Assembly: GCF_016432865.1 (NCBI RefSeq)
Contig: NC_067400.1
Coordinates: 404,984,001-405,048,000, forward strand
DNA: 64,000 bases
Direction of reading: 5' to 3'
Source of the DNA: Antechinus flavipes
Taxonomy: Eukaryota
The notes under the pieces are model-generated. The model was not told where the DNA came from. It worked only from the letters and a program-made list of their open reading frames with translations, and did no database searches. The stretch's first letter is position 1, and every line of letters starts with the position of its first letter. Below are positions 11,001-24,776 of this stretch, piece after piece. Position numbers and translations under genes: made by a program.

Positions 11001-14000
11001 TCCTAGGCAGAATAAAGTTATAGAGTTACTGCTCAGAATGTATGTTAGATAAGATCATCTCTAGATCTCAATCTCTGAGCATTTGTTGAAATTCTGAAAT
11101 TCTCCTGAATAATCCCCTTTATTGGTAGACATATCATTGATGGTATGAAAAAATATTTTCTCAGGATATATACTATAAAATACTTGAAATGGGTAGCTAT
11201 TTTCCAAGCAAATGAGAAAGTATATCTGTACTTAGAAGGAATCATTTCCCATTTTATTCAATTTACTTCAAGCATTTTTTTTGCATATCATCCAGATATG
11301 ACTAAGGTTTGTTTTCAAGGAATTCTGAAGTGTAAAATCAACTTTTGCCATACCACAGTTTCCTCCTTTAATTATGTAAATATGTTATGTATCATTTAGT
11401 TTTAACTTACAGTGGTTCAGATTCACTTAAAACTTAGCTCTGTCCAAAAATTGACTGAGGATTGTTCAAAAATCTTCAAATATCAGAAAGATTTAAACAA
11501 ATTTTCAGGAAGTTTCTGTGTGATTAAGAACTCAAATCTAAACATTGTCAGGCCACTACTAGAGACTCTAGCTCAACGGTATTTTTGGTAAATGTTTTCT
11601 TGACTAGTGGCTCCTTAAACTATTCTAATTTACAAATATTATTTCATGTTATCAATTACTATTCTTAAATTTAAAGGTAAATACTGTAAACCAAGATAAA
11701 TGCTCTATTGAGGAAATGTAGATCTTTTTTCCCCAAAGATGAAGACAACCAAAGAACAGAAAGCCCAGTTATCCAGATTTAAATTCCCCTTTTTTTTTGA
11801 AAGAGAAGAAAATCAGAGGAAGACAATGTGAAATTAAAGAAAGGTTTTTATAAAGCAGTAAAGAAAAAACATAACATGTGCATGGGTATTATCCAGCCTG
11901 TGCTGAATAGAATACGAGGTAACAGATGAAAAGAGTTTATATACCTTTTAAATAAAGGAAGATAATAAATTTGGAAGGAAAGGTGGACTTAGAAATATCA
12001 GTATTACCCACTCCCAAGAGGAAAGGAAGTGAGAAATTCCAAATGTCAAGGCTATGGCCAAAGCCATCCTTGGTGATTAGCAGCTTGCTAAGGAAATATC
12101 TCAAAAAAAAAAAAAAGGGATAATTCTTAGAGCACTCTTATCAAAGTCATGGAAGTCTCTGGAAATAATGTCTCCAAAATCTATAAAGTCTTTGAAGACA
12201 GGAATATCTCTTGAGGTTCACAAACCATCAAATGTCTCAGGGTCTCTTCAAAACTAAAAAGAGTTTAAATGGCTTCAGAATTGCTGATTTTCTGCACTTC
12301 CAGCTAGTTTTACTCTCAGTCACCCAAAAGATTGTTATGTCTGCGAATATAACCAGTCCTCATAAAATTCTGCTGGTTACCTGGATAATTGAGCAGGGGT
12401 GAGAGGTGGGGGCTTAAACAAATCAAAGTATCCATTTTCATAATACATATTTTCTAGATGTTTTTACTTTCTTCTGAATATCCATATGCTGATAATCAAA
12501 AAATATTCTGAATGTTTTAAATAATATGTATGATTCAATTCTGTTAAAATATATTAGATTCATTTGGATCTTAACTATTCAACTGAATTTCATCTATTTA
12601 TTTTTGCTAACTTCTGATTAGTTTGATTTTTTCAACTTATAAATGTTTAATTTATCAGCACCAGTCATATATAATTCAAATTACATTGAATTATCTATAA
12701 TTCAAAGGCTTATGATAGTATTCCAAAATATTAATAAACATCTCTAGCATGATGATTAGAGCAAAAAATAGATTGTTTACTTTGTTTTCTGTCTCTGAAA
12801 GAATATTTGACATTTGCAACCCTTTCTTTACTGAGATTTTAACACTCAGAATTTATTTTAGATATTGCTGAGATTGTTATATTTATGGTCAATTCCATTG
12901 TGAAACAGTTGGAGAGCTGGCCTTAAAGTAATAAAAAATTAAATTCAAGTCCTGTCTCTGACTGACACAAACTAGCTATATGGCACTCAGTCAAAAATTT
13001 TCTAAGTATCTTCAGGCATATCTCCAAGAGCATATGTTATGGGTAAATTGCCCAACTGCATAAATTAATGGATTTCCCATATTGGGAGGTCTCCACAATG
13101 ATAAAATTACATGTCCAAATACAAAACCCCTCAAAAAAAAAATCAGTGCCTATTACTTTCAGGATCCTATAGGTACTTAAAGAAATCCACAGTTTTAGAA
13201 TCTGAAGAGTCCCAAGGGAGTATCAACTCCAATTGCTCATATTATAGAAGAAGAACCAGAGGCCCTCAAAGGTCTTAACTATTAAATTCACTTAATAAAT
13301 TCCATACAATTTGTCATTGTCAAAGTCACTGGGAACCAAGTGTCCTAATTCCTAATTTACTGTTCCTTCCATCATACTATCTAGCTTCTCCTTAAAATTA
13401 TCTTTACCATGATTTATCAAGAATTGAAAGAGCTAGAAAAAAGTTGTAGTCAGACAATTAAATTGTTAGTAAGCATGTTGATCTAAGAATTTATAGTTAT
13501 ACCACTGATTACCCATGATTCTACAGAACCAATAATGGAGCATACTACTACTCTTAGTTTCCCACTAGAGAAGTGATAGACTCAGTGAGATGTTTATTTT
13601 TTGTACATAACCTACATGGTAATTTATTTTAATTAATCCTGCTTATTTAATACAAGGGTTTGGTTTTATTCCTCTCTCACATAGGGAGAGAAAGGGACAA
13701 AAAATGATTTTTTTAATTTAACAACTAAAATTAAAATTTAAAAGCACACACATACATATTGCATTTGGGCAGTATATTCATTAATTCATTGAACATTTAT
13801 TTAGGACCATCTGATTGTATAACTATGAATAGATTTCCATTGCAATTCTTCAAAATATTCCAAATTTAAATGAATTTTTTCTAAAGTCTTTTGATATTTC
13901 ATACATGAATAAGCTTTCCCATTAACTATATTATAATCTTGACTCCTATAAAACAAGATTCTATGTCTTTTTAACTATTCTCAGTCAGCTAATAAAACTG

Positions 14001-16850
14001 TCTAAAATTAATAAAATGCATTATAGCTTCACTATGAGATATCTGAGCTAATAAGTCTTCCATTAGTCATGGGTCATCAGTGGTTCTCACTGATATTAAA
14101 TCATATGAAATGTAAAATTTGACAAAACACACATTTTTGCATTTAGATACAATAGTAAAGAAGACGAGAAAGAATACTTTAATTTATTCCTATTCCTTTC
14201 CATTAATAAAGAATAATGATTCTCAATTTTCTGGCCACATGGGTCTCCACTGTAGTAGGAAGGAGGAATCCTTTGCATTACTTGTGCTGAGCCCCACCTC
14301 TCAATACCGTAGAAAACAAATCTTCATTGGGAATAATGGGAAGGACAGTACTATTTTTGGCGGGAAACCTATATAGTTAGTGGTGATTGCTTTCTACTAT
14401 CAGAGTTGAATAACTACATTTGGTGTGCTGATTTGATCCATCTTATATACTCAGAAATGAATATGGAAAAATAACTATGACAAAAAGAAATAAAGAAAGT
14501 AGAAATTTCTTTTCCTTGTAAATTAGACCAATAATTGAATGTAATTAATTAAAGTTTTTCAATTAATATTTCATTTTCTCTCCCTCTATACCATCACCTT
14601 CCTTATGATGAAAAGAGGAAGAACTACTGTCATAAATAGGCATAGTCAAACAAAATATATGTCCACACTAGACAAGGATGGGAAAAAAGGAAGGATGGAA
14701 AGTTATGGCTATTTACATCATTTCAAAGACGTAGTCTTATGTTTAAAGGTTGTGACTTATACACAACCACTTAGCTCATATTTGTCAGAAGCACAACTTT
14801 AATTGAAATCTAACCAATTCCAAAGCCAACCTCAACCAATTCCTCATCCAATCATCACATTCTGACTTCAAACTTTATGATTAAAAAAAAAACCAGTAAG
14901 CTGATCATCAGGACCAAGAAAATGAATCCTAAATACCATGTTTTATAATTTTATTCTATATCTAGTAAATATTAAATGCTTTGTAAAATTTTGGAAAAGA
15001 CCACTACTAATCCTAAATATCAATAAGTGGTATAGGTTATTTCACTAATTTTCACAGTATGTCAACTATACCACATGTAAATTGCAAGGAAATTATTTGT
15101 ATAAGTATGTATTTGGTGCCTAAAAAAAATCCAGAATTAAAATTTATCAAAGCGTACTCTTACCTGTTTTTTTCTTAATTTTAAAATCTTTCTTTAACAA
15201 TAAAATATAATCAGCTAAATGGGATAATGGTGTTATAAAAGGATTTCTTGAGATCTCAGTTAAATTTTTTTTTAGAATAACAATACATAAATAAGAAATT
15301 AAAAAATAAAACCAGTTCAAAGAAGTCTTTCTGGGAAATGTTTCCTCTAAGGTTCATAAATTGTGAACTGATAGTCAGGTTATTAGAATAGTAACCTATG
15401 AAAACTGTTCATGCATGTAAAAAGTTCATTTTTCTAATGAAATAAAATTGAAAACTAAGTATGATAAAAACACACACCACCTGATTTAAAAAAAAAACAA
15501 TTTTGATCATGCTGCATAGTAATTAGGCAAAAAAAAAAAAAAAAAAGAGTATCCAGTTCATATAAATGATTATAATTAGTATTGCTTTTACAAAGCCAAC
15601 CAATCTTCTAGCTTTCTTCTTTTTATCTGTTAGTTTTCCAGGCTCCATAATCAGCATCTTTGTCAAAAGTGTTCATTGCCATTATGTACTATTTAATTGC
15701 ACTGAAACTAGTTGCTATGCCACTTGCAGAAAATTCAGTTAAATAAGGAGGAAAGTGGTAACAGGAAAGAGAATTAAAAAAAAAAAAAGATTCTGCCATT
15801 TAGTAAATTTTTTCTCCTCTTCTCCAAATACCTGTGATTCAGAATTAGAGTCTATTTAATCAAAAGCTTTCTCCTATTGATATGACTCTCTGATCCTTCA
15901 TCCCTTTGTACCTCAACTCTAAACTTTCCCAAATACTTATTTTATTCTGTTCTTCCTTATTGCCTCTGGAATCCCTAGACTATTTTAAAATAATCAACTT
16001 TTCTTTTTCTGGTCCTTCTACTTTTTTTTATTCATGGAAATCTAACTCCTTCCAAGAGACACTGCATTGTACAAGATATACCTTTTCTCATTAACGTCAG
16101 TCATTAGGAGCCAGGAGGAGGAAAAAGAAAAGGTATATTCCTTGCACATTAATACTATTTGCAGGCTGTCCTTCTTTCTCCATAGTTCAACACTCTTCTG
16201 TAAGATTTATAGCTTGTTTATAAATATCATCAAATCCTATGTAATGGTATAATAAGTAATATGTACATAATACTTTAAGCTTTGCAAACATTTTGCATAC
16301 ATTATTGAACTTGTCATAAAGCATTATTATGAGGTAAATGTTATACATTAATCCCATTTTCCAGATGAGGAAACTAGTGTGAGAGAAAAGTAGCCAGCTT
16401 ATGATCAAACAACTGACATCATCTCCCTCCTTTCTCAAGTCTAATGGTTTGTTGTTGTTATTGTTTTAAATATATGTTAACATAGTCTTCCTTTCCATCC
16501 CAGACTGTCTACATACTTGAAAACAGTATACAATCTGAACCTTTTCTTCAAGTGGATGTCTCTCTACATATTCTGTTAGTCCCAACATCCTGCTTACCCC
16601 AGGCATTTTTCTCTAGGAAAGTTTGAGAGCCTTTGCAGCACAAAATTTTAAAGGAAAGAAAAAGTCCCTAGAATGAAGGAAGCAGAGAAATCAATCAATC
16701 GATAAGCACTTTCAATATGGCAGGTACTGTGCTGAACAGATGAAAATATAAAGATTGAAAAACATCATTGCTCTCAAAATGTTTATATTCATTCCTATGG
16801 GGTCAGGAGAAGTTTCCATTTGCATATACATAGAAATTCATAGAAAGACA

Positions 16851-17175
16851 TTTTGTGTTAGCTTATGTGTATTCCTTATCTTATGAGAATAGTCAAGCCA
16901 GGATTCTGGGAAGATGGTGGAGTAGATCAGAAAATTTCAAACTCTCCAGAATTCCCTCACAAACAGAACCAATTTGCACTTCAGGATGAACAGACAGGTG
17001 AAAAACAAGACTTGGGGCAGAACAAGATCTTCTAGGGAAAGACCAGAGAAGACCTGAATAATGACCTCAGGATGATGATTGACTAGTGTGAAGTGCAAAC
17101 ACCTCCAGGCTAGCTCCACAGAAATATCAAGTGGGAAACCTGGGGCTAACTGAGTTTGACTGCAACCTCAACTTG
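16851..17175 (+). repeat. Left arm of a 325-bp inverted duplication containing an L1 5' end
   Basis: Reverse complement of 17961-18285 with 5 mismatches and no indels, checked by hand. Contains gccaggattctgggaagatggtggagtag, typical of an L1 5'UTR start (AAGATGGCGG-like, CpG decayed). Confidence 0.97.
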
Positions 17176-17960
17176 CCAGAGGCATTGTCCCTCTTTCTCT
17201 GACCAAAGTGGATCTAATATGCTTTATGGAAGCCCCCAAAGAAACTCTCTTCATTGATTGAATGGTGGAGTACTGCTGATCTAAGTGCTGCACTGAACCA
17301 ATGTTCATGAAATGAGGAAAGCCCTTAATTTCCTTAAAAGACTCAACTATTTGTTCCCTGGAATCCTTGGAATGCTAAAAACCCATCCATTCCTGTCCAA
17401 TCTCTTTTTCCTTCTCCCTTGAAAGCTGCTGAAAATGACTACTCTCCCTCATCTTTTCTCTAGAGATAATTTCCTTTCTAAATTGTGTGGGGAGAGGAAA
17501 GGAGGATAATAAAGGAACCGTGGGATAAACCTACCTCTTTCTTTCTCTACCTTTTTAGGTCAACAATCTCATTTCCTTGCCTGCTCCTGCTATTATCTTA
17601 CAAATAAATTTTCAAAGCAGGACAAATAAATTTAGCATTAAAGCAAAAGGACAACCTTCCTTGTATTACAACCACAAAAGAGAAGTGGCACTTACTAGTT
17701 ATCTGTGTCGAGATTAAAACCATCAATGTCCCACCATAGATGGATATGCCATTTAATTATTCTAATACACAATATCTAGCACAATGTGAAAGACAATGAT
17801 GCTCTATTTAATTTCTCAATAACTTAATATGGACCTACTCAGACCCCAGGGCTGTTTTCCTCCCATTGTTATTTTTTTCCACAATAATAATATTTATATA
17901 CATATTGTGCATTCAGGTTTGCAAGGTTCCCCACACTATCCCAGAGATGTCCCTGTGGTC

Positions 17961-18285
17961 CAAGCTGAGGTTGCAGTCAAACTCAGTTAGCCCCAGGTTT
18001 CCCACTTGATATTTCTGTGGAGCTAGCCTGGAGGTGTTTGCACTTCACACTAGTCAATCATCATCCTGAGGTCATTATTCAGGTCTTCTCTGGTTATTCC
18101 CTAGAAGATCTTGTTCTGCCCCAAGTCTTGTTTTTCACCTGTCTGTTCATCCTGAAGTGCAAATTGATTCTGTTTGTGGGGGAATTCTGGAGAGTTTGAA
18201 ATTTTCTGATCTACTCCACCATCTTCCCAGAATCCTGGCTTGACTATTCTCATAAGATAAGGAATACACATAAGCTAACACAAAA
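17961..18285 (-). repeat. Right arm of the 325-bp inverted duplication (L1 5' end on minus strand)
   Basis: Same peptide as the left arm appears on the opposite strand in the ORF track (MELAWRCLH..., 16937-17119 minus and 18017-18199 plus). Confidence 0.97.
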
Positions 18286-20487
18286 ATATACATTTTCAGA
18301 ATGAATATTGAATTAAACCAAACTTGTTTACAAATATATTTTATAGATGTTTTATGTAGATTTTGTATCAGCTGCCTCCAATTTATAATGGAAATAAAGT
18401 TAACATCAAGACACATCTGTTTTATATATCCTTACAGGCAAGACTGCTTACAATTACACAGCATATCATTTTATTGCAAGTATTTATAACTAAGAACTGC
18501 CAAACATTTTAAAGCTATTAACATATAATATATTGTTATATTGTCAAAATGTAATTAAATTAAGTCTATTTGTAAATCACTTTGTAAAAAATTTTAAAAC
18601 TTTATAAATATTATTTTTAGCAAAATTAGTAGAACCTTTCTATATGTTTAAAAGCATCAGAGCATTGCCTTAACTCTCATTTCCACAAAGTTCTTATATA
18701 ACATATAAAGTCAAGTCATAAATAGCTCATTAACATTGTCTCCATTGTGCATCTTTTCCTTCTGTCTCTCCAGTGGACTTTGGTTCAGTCTAACAAGGTA
18801 TATTGTCTTGCTCTAAGGATGAAGTTTTGAATTTTTTCACAGAGCTTGGAAGTAGAGTAGGAGGAGGGTACAATCCTTAAAGTGTAAATCTCCTGAGGAC
18901 TATGTATTCCATTTCCTTCCTGTGTCTCTCCTTCCACTCTAAGCTACAAGTTTTTGAGCATAATTTACTAATGGCAATTGACTTAAAGTTTCCCCATTAT
19001 GATTGCAAATAAGAATTTAGCTTTCAGATACCTCAAGAATTTTCAATGTTCTACTTTCCAAACTGTCATGGTAGAGTTTTCCAACCAACTAAAATACTCC
19101 ATTTAGTGAAGAAATATGCTGTAGGTCAAAAATCTCTTTCTGTCGTAGAGAATTTGTCCATTAATGACTGAATAAAAGCCTATTTAATCCTGATAAATGG
19201 AAGACATTTCGGAAACATAATAAAGGACAATGCAAATGCCCACTTTACTAAATATAATTTTTGCTCACACTTCTTTGGATTCTACCCAGTGGGCCTTGGC
19301 TTTTAACCAATCTTTTCTTTGAGATAAAAAGATATTTCCATTGTTCACATACCCCATGTGAAGAAAGAAAAATAACAATGGGAGACATAGAGCTACAATG
19401 TTGTGCCTTATCAAAATACAAAGAAAAAAGTTTGAATATAATTTTCTTTTTCTCATTACTAGGCCCAGGACTACCAGACCAGTGGCAAGAAAGTCAATTA
19501 TATCTAATGGTTCTCCTCAAAGGATCCCAGTGATATCTGTGTCTTTGGGAAATAGAAATCAGTCTGTGTCGTGTTTGATCTCTGGCTTTCACAGAAACTA
19601 TATGACAATTCTGTACTTTTTTATTCAACCATTCAAATATGACCTTATTGATTGATAATGATCTTCCTAATTTAGTTATCACTAAACGAAGCACTGAATC
19701 TATTGTGCTTTGTGAGTAATTTATCAGTTGAAATAACTGACCCAATTCTTACTGGAAGCTCATGCTGAAGGACTCACATCCCCATGACATGTAATAGAGG
19801 AGGCAGAATGACATATCATCAAAAGAGCATATGACCTCTCAATCAGAGACTCTGGAATTATAGCCTATCTCTAACACTTCCTCCCTTACTCTTAGGCGAG
19901 TCCTTTATCATCCCTGGATCTCAGTTTCCTCATCTGTAATGTGAGGGGGCAGAACTTAATGGCTTAATGAGTTCTGGTTTATGGTCCTATGATAAAATAA
20001 CCATCAGCCTGATCTCTAAATAATTTACCCAGACAATCTGAGGCCTTACTATATATAGTATTAATATGGCCCTAGAACCAGTAAGGATCTCGCAGATCTT
20101 CCGATCCAAATCCATCATTCTACATTCTCAGAGAGATTAAAACTGCTTAGGTAATAATGGCAAAGCCAAGATTCAAACTCCCAAATCCAAAATTCTGCAT
20201 TGCACCATCTAAAGTCAATGATATTATACAGACAAATCCCAAATGGACCAGAACCAGTAGTGAGCTACATTTTCTACAAGAAAAACTTACTAAAATTCTT
20301 CCTTTTGATAGGCACACTCTGAAATCTGTAGATTTGTGCTAAAAACATGTTGTTCCTATAGGCTATGCACTACTGATGAACAGCCTGCATTAGCAATGGA
20401 GGTGACAAACTGCTTATAGTACCTTTGTGGAATCATTCACAAAGAATAAAGGTACAATTGTTTCCTTTAGTAACCCCTACTTTGGAG

Positions 20488-20731
20488 GAGGTAAGTAGCA
20501 CAGTGGATAGATTGCCAAGTCTAGAAGCAGGAAGACTTATCTTCCTGAATTCAAATCTGGCCTCAAATATTTTCTAGCTATGTGTCCCTGTATAAGTCAC
20601 TTAACAGGGTTGCCCCAATTTACTCATCTGTAAAATGAACTAGAGAAGGAAAAGAAAGATCATTCCAATGTCATTGCCAAGAAAATCCAGAATGGAGCAC
20701 AAAGAGTAGTAAACAACTGAACAGCAACAAC
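20488..20731 (+). mobile_element. MAR1-type CORE-RTE SINE
   Basis: tRNA-like head, CORE (aagtcacttaac...ctcatctgtaaaatg) and BovB-like tail (tgccaagaaaatcc...aacaactgaacagcaacaac). Confidence 0.85.
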
Positions 20732-23509
20732 TTTGGAGTTGGAATTCAAGGGCCAGAAAAGGAATCTCTGCTCGTTTATTTTGAAATTGGAGGTGCTATA
20801 CCATAGTGGACAGAGCACTGGAAAAACCTCAGCTCAAATTCCATCTCAAACACTAGGTTTGTGATGAAAATCATTAAATCTCTCATGGCATAATTTACTC
20901 ATATATAAAATGGGAGTTGGTATCTAAGGTCCATTCTAGTTCCAAATTTATGATTCTATGATCTTATTAAATGTTAAGAAAGTCCTTTATAAAACTAAGC
21001 TGAAATTTATACAATTTGTTGAAGGTCAGGAAAATGGAGGAAGGAAAAAACAAGATTGAATGGAATAAATGTATAGTTGTAATAATAAGTACTCTTTGTA
21101 CTTCATTGAAATGAAAATCTAGACTAATTCTTCCTGCTGACCTGCACACAATGAAATCTGTATATTTGTTCAAGTATTCAGTTCTTCGGGACTAAATACT
21201 ACTAGTCAGCCCCATAGGTTAGCAATTCTAGTTGACAAATGACTCAGTCAATTTGGAGTTTAAAATGACCAAGCACACAACTGATAGTATATAATAAAAA
21301 ATATATTCCAAGGACCAAATATAGTCAAAATGATGCCCTAGTTCCATAAAAATCAATCTGTAAGCAGTTTTATCATTTTTCCATTGTTAACACATGCCTC
21401 TTGCCTCTTGCTGGTCGAGTGCACAGAGAATCAGCCGAACAACTGCAACATTCCTGAAATGTATTCAGAATTTCCTATAATAGCTTGACTCTGAATCAGC
21501 TCGTCTCTCTATTGCTGTTGGCATTTACTTGCTTGGCTGCTGGATTAAATGATTTCTCACAGAGGAAGACATAATCCTCCTTTCAAGCCCCATTCACACT
21601 CTCTAGGAAACACAGTTAAGAACAACAGTATCAGCAAAGTGCCTGAACCATGTTTCCATGCAAAGATAGCTATCTTTATAAGATAATATGTGCAAAGTAC
21701 TTTGCAAACCTTAAAACACTATGTAAACTTGAGTAATAATTTCTACCAGAGCTTCTTGTCTTTGAATATTGAAAAAAAATCAAAGCATTCATTTCAAACC
21801 TATCTCTGTTCTTGTCTTTAGCTTTCTATTTTTCACTGGCAAACTGTTAGTATAGAATAGAATGTTCTAAAAACAATCTTTATCACAAAATTAGCAAAAA
21901 TTCCTTTTTAGATAATACTCTAAAGTTTAAAGGATTTTTTTCCAAAATTATGCTGTGTAGTAGGTTATGTATGTATTAATAATTCTGTTTTACAGTCGAA
22001 GAAACTGAGGATTATAGAAATTTAGGTAATCAGCAAGGTCACAAAGCAAGAATGAATCAAAATCAAGGCTTGACCCCAGATCACACACTCACTCAAACTA
22101 GTGAGAGACAAACAGAGGGATAGAGAGACAGAGAGAAAAAGAGACAGAGAACACAGGATAGATAAAATTAGAAATACATGTACCCAAGATGTGATAATTT
22201 GTCTTCCTGACTAGCAAACTATAATCTTTTACACTTGTTTAGATAGGGATAGAGACTGGACCCATGCTTTCAGTGATAGAAGGAATTTCTGGTTGAGGAA
22301 AATATTGGCTCATTCTTGATAATTTATATTGTAGTTCAGAGCTACATAGAGCACTGAGAGATTAGGTGACCTACAGGCAAGATGTGAATCAAGTCCTAAT
22401 CCAGTATTATATATATGTACATTAATATGAGCCCCAAAGTAAGCCTCAACCAAAGATAAGTCTATGATCAGAGACACAAAATGTAAACCAATTCTATGTT
22501 CAAGGTATATGTGCATAAATATGTGTAAGATGTGTGTAATTACACATATATGCATATATATACATATATATGTATGGATAGGTATACACACACTCAATGT
22601 ACATATGTGCTTATACATATGCAGATTTTATAGTCAGGGACCTTATCCAAGAAATTAATCAGTCAACAAAAATTTATTAAGCAGAGTAAAATCCTTTAAC
22701 AATAATTAGCTCATTTTAAGTTTAAGGAACAATTAATTTTCCCTAAGTTCTACTTTGTTGTATCTTTAGTTTAAGGGGCTTTATTTTTAATGAAAAGTCC
22801 AAAATTCAAGCATAAGACCTCTGAACCTCCAAGAAAGGAAAATTCCTAACACCCATGCAAAGGACAAGTTCTCTGTCTAATCAGCTCCTGACTTTTTTGT
22901 TGTTGAGGAAAAAAAAAAAGTTTCCTGAAAATATCTGGTAATTAACTAAGTTATTTTATATTATAGTGTCTGTGGATAGACAGGTATCAGATAGGAAACT
23001 TGAGGAAATACTAAACTTTTTTTTGGAATTTATCTCATCCCAGGTCTTCCTCCCTGAGACTGCTATAAAGTCAGTGACTTTTCTCAAAATTCTCCTTTTT
23101 CTGTCATAGCTCAAGCACTCCCTTTGTTATATGAATGTTCCAACCCCTTGAATCTAGATTCTTATGGTCTCTTTCTCTAAGGTCTAGTTTTTTTTTTCTT
23201 TTTATTCAACTTGCTGAGATTATAAATACTCAGATTACACAAAGGCTTTGATCAAAGATTCAAGAATGTATATAAACTTTGCTGACACCCAGTTCTGATT
23301 GTTTGATTCAATCAAAAATATTTTCACTATTATTATTGCTCTATGGGAAATGATGAGTAGGATGCTCTCAGGGTAAAACAAACAAACAAACAAACAAAAA
23401 AAGTCCTCCATGAACTCAAGCAAAGTGAAATGTTGTGGGATGACCAGCTATAAATAACTTTACTCTTACCAGTAATACAATCATCCCACAACTACTTTAA
23501 AGGACTTTT

Positions 23510-23830
23510 GAGGGAAAATCCTATCCATACCCAAAGAAGGAACTGATTGTATCTGAACAATCTGAAAACTGAAGCATTCTTTCTTTCTTTTTCCTCCCTC
23601 TCTTTTTAAAACTTTATTTTTCTTGATGGTTTTCATTTTCATTAGGGTGGAAGATCTTTGTTTTCTTTCATAACTTGACTTTTATGGAAATGTTTTATAT
23701 AACCACATGTGTTTTCTTAATTGCAGATGAGGATAGAACTCAAAGATTTTAAAAACAAATATTTAAAAATGTTTTGAGTGTAATGGGAATATTAAATAAA
23801 TAAAATACAATAAAGGAAATAAAATATTCT
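23510..23830 (+). mobile_element. L1 3'UTR fragment
   Basis: gaaaatcctatccatacccaaagaaggaactg...ttttctttcataacttgacttttatggaaatg..., ending in an A-rich tail. Confidence 0.6.
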
Positions 23831-24776
23831 CAATTAATCAAACCATTGGAATTAAATAGAGTAGATTCAAGCTCACCCTGACATAAAGCACTGTTCTAAG
23901 TGTTGAAATTACAAATTTGATTGTGAGTTAATCCTTCCTTTCAAGAACTTTACATTATACAAGGGGTCAGTCTGATGACAGAGATAAACTTATGGATGAA
24001 ATGTAAAGCTTCTCAGCTTTGAGGATTAAAAAAAATGCATTGAGGCAAAAAGACATCTAGATCATTATACAACCTATCCTTGTCATCATTTCAAGTAGTA
24101 TCTCTTGACCAAAATGGCTAATAGAGTACTTTTATCCAAGTTATAAAAACGTGGATTAACTAAAAATTTTTAAATCAAAGTTTCACTTTTCTACAATCTT
24201 GTCAGAAACATAATGTGATAGCTTGAATTAAATAGAGCAATATTTCTATTCTGAAAGAAATGAAACATCTACTAAAAATACCTTATCAGCCTACAGGTCT
24301 CAGGGGATTTACTTCCCATTTTTCTCTGGAAAAATGATTCTCTATGTTTAATTCCTAAGTCCAAATGACTTCTCTAGAGAGAAGCCCCAGACATTAGCTT
24401 CCTGCTAGGACTTACTATTCAAGCTGGCTCACCCTCTCTCTGGGATTGCTCTTTTTAACCCTCCATATCATTTCTGAAAACTTCATTACACATGGTCAGT
24501 ATTCTACAACGATTTCTGCAAATTCAGTATCAGAATTTTTAATACCAATCTTAACTTTGGACAAAAATGATAAACTCTCATTGAATTATACTCTGGTTGG
24601 TATTTGGTTCCACAGGATCCCAGTATACAAAAGTAGGTGAGGACTCACAGACCATTTAGTCTAATTGCTTTATTTTACAAATGAAGGTAAATGAGACCCA
24701 GAGAAGATAAATGACTTGCCAAAATATCTTAGCAGAGAATTCGAACTCATATTCTCTGACTTCGGAGTCATGACTC

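Noticed and set aside
12130-12400. Exon or LINE zinc-knuckle remnant (EETLRHLMVC on the minus strand; plus-strand acceptor and gtgag donor)
   Set aside because: The motif is too short and lacks the upstream CxxC, and the exon reading gives no recognisable peptide.
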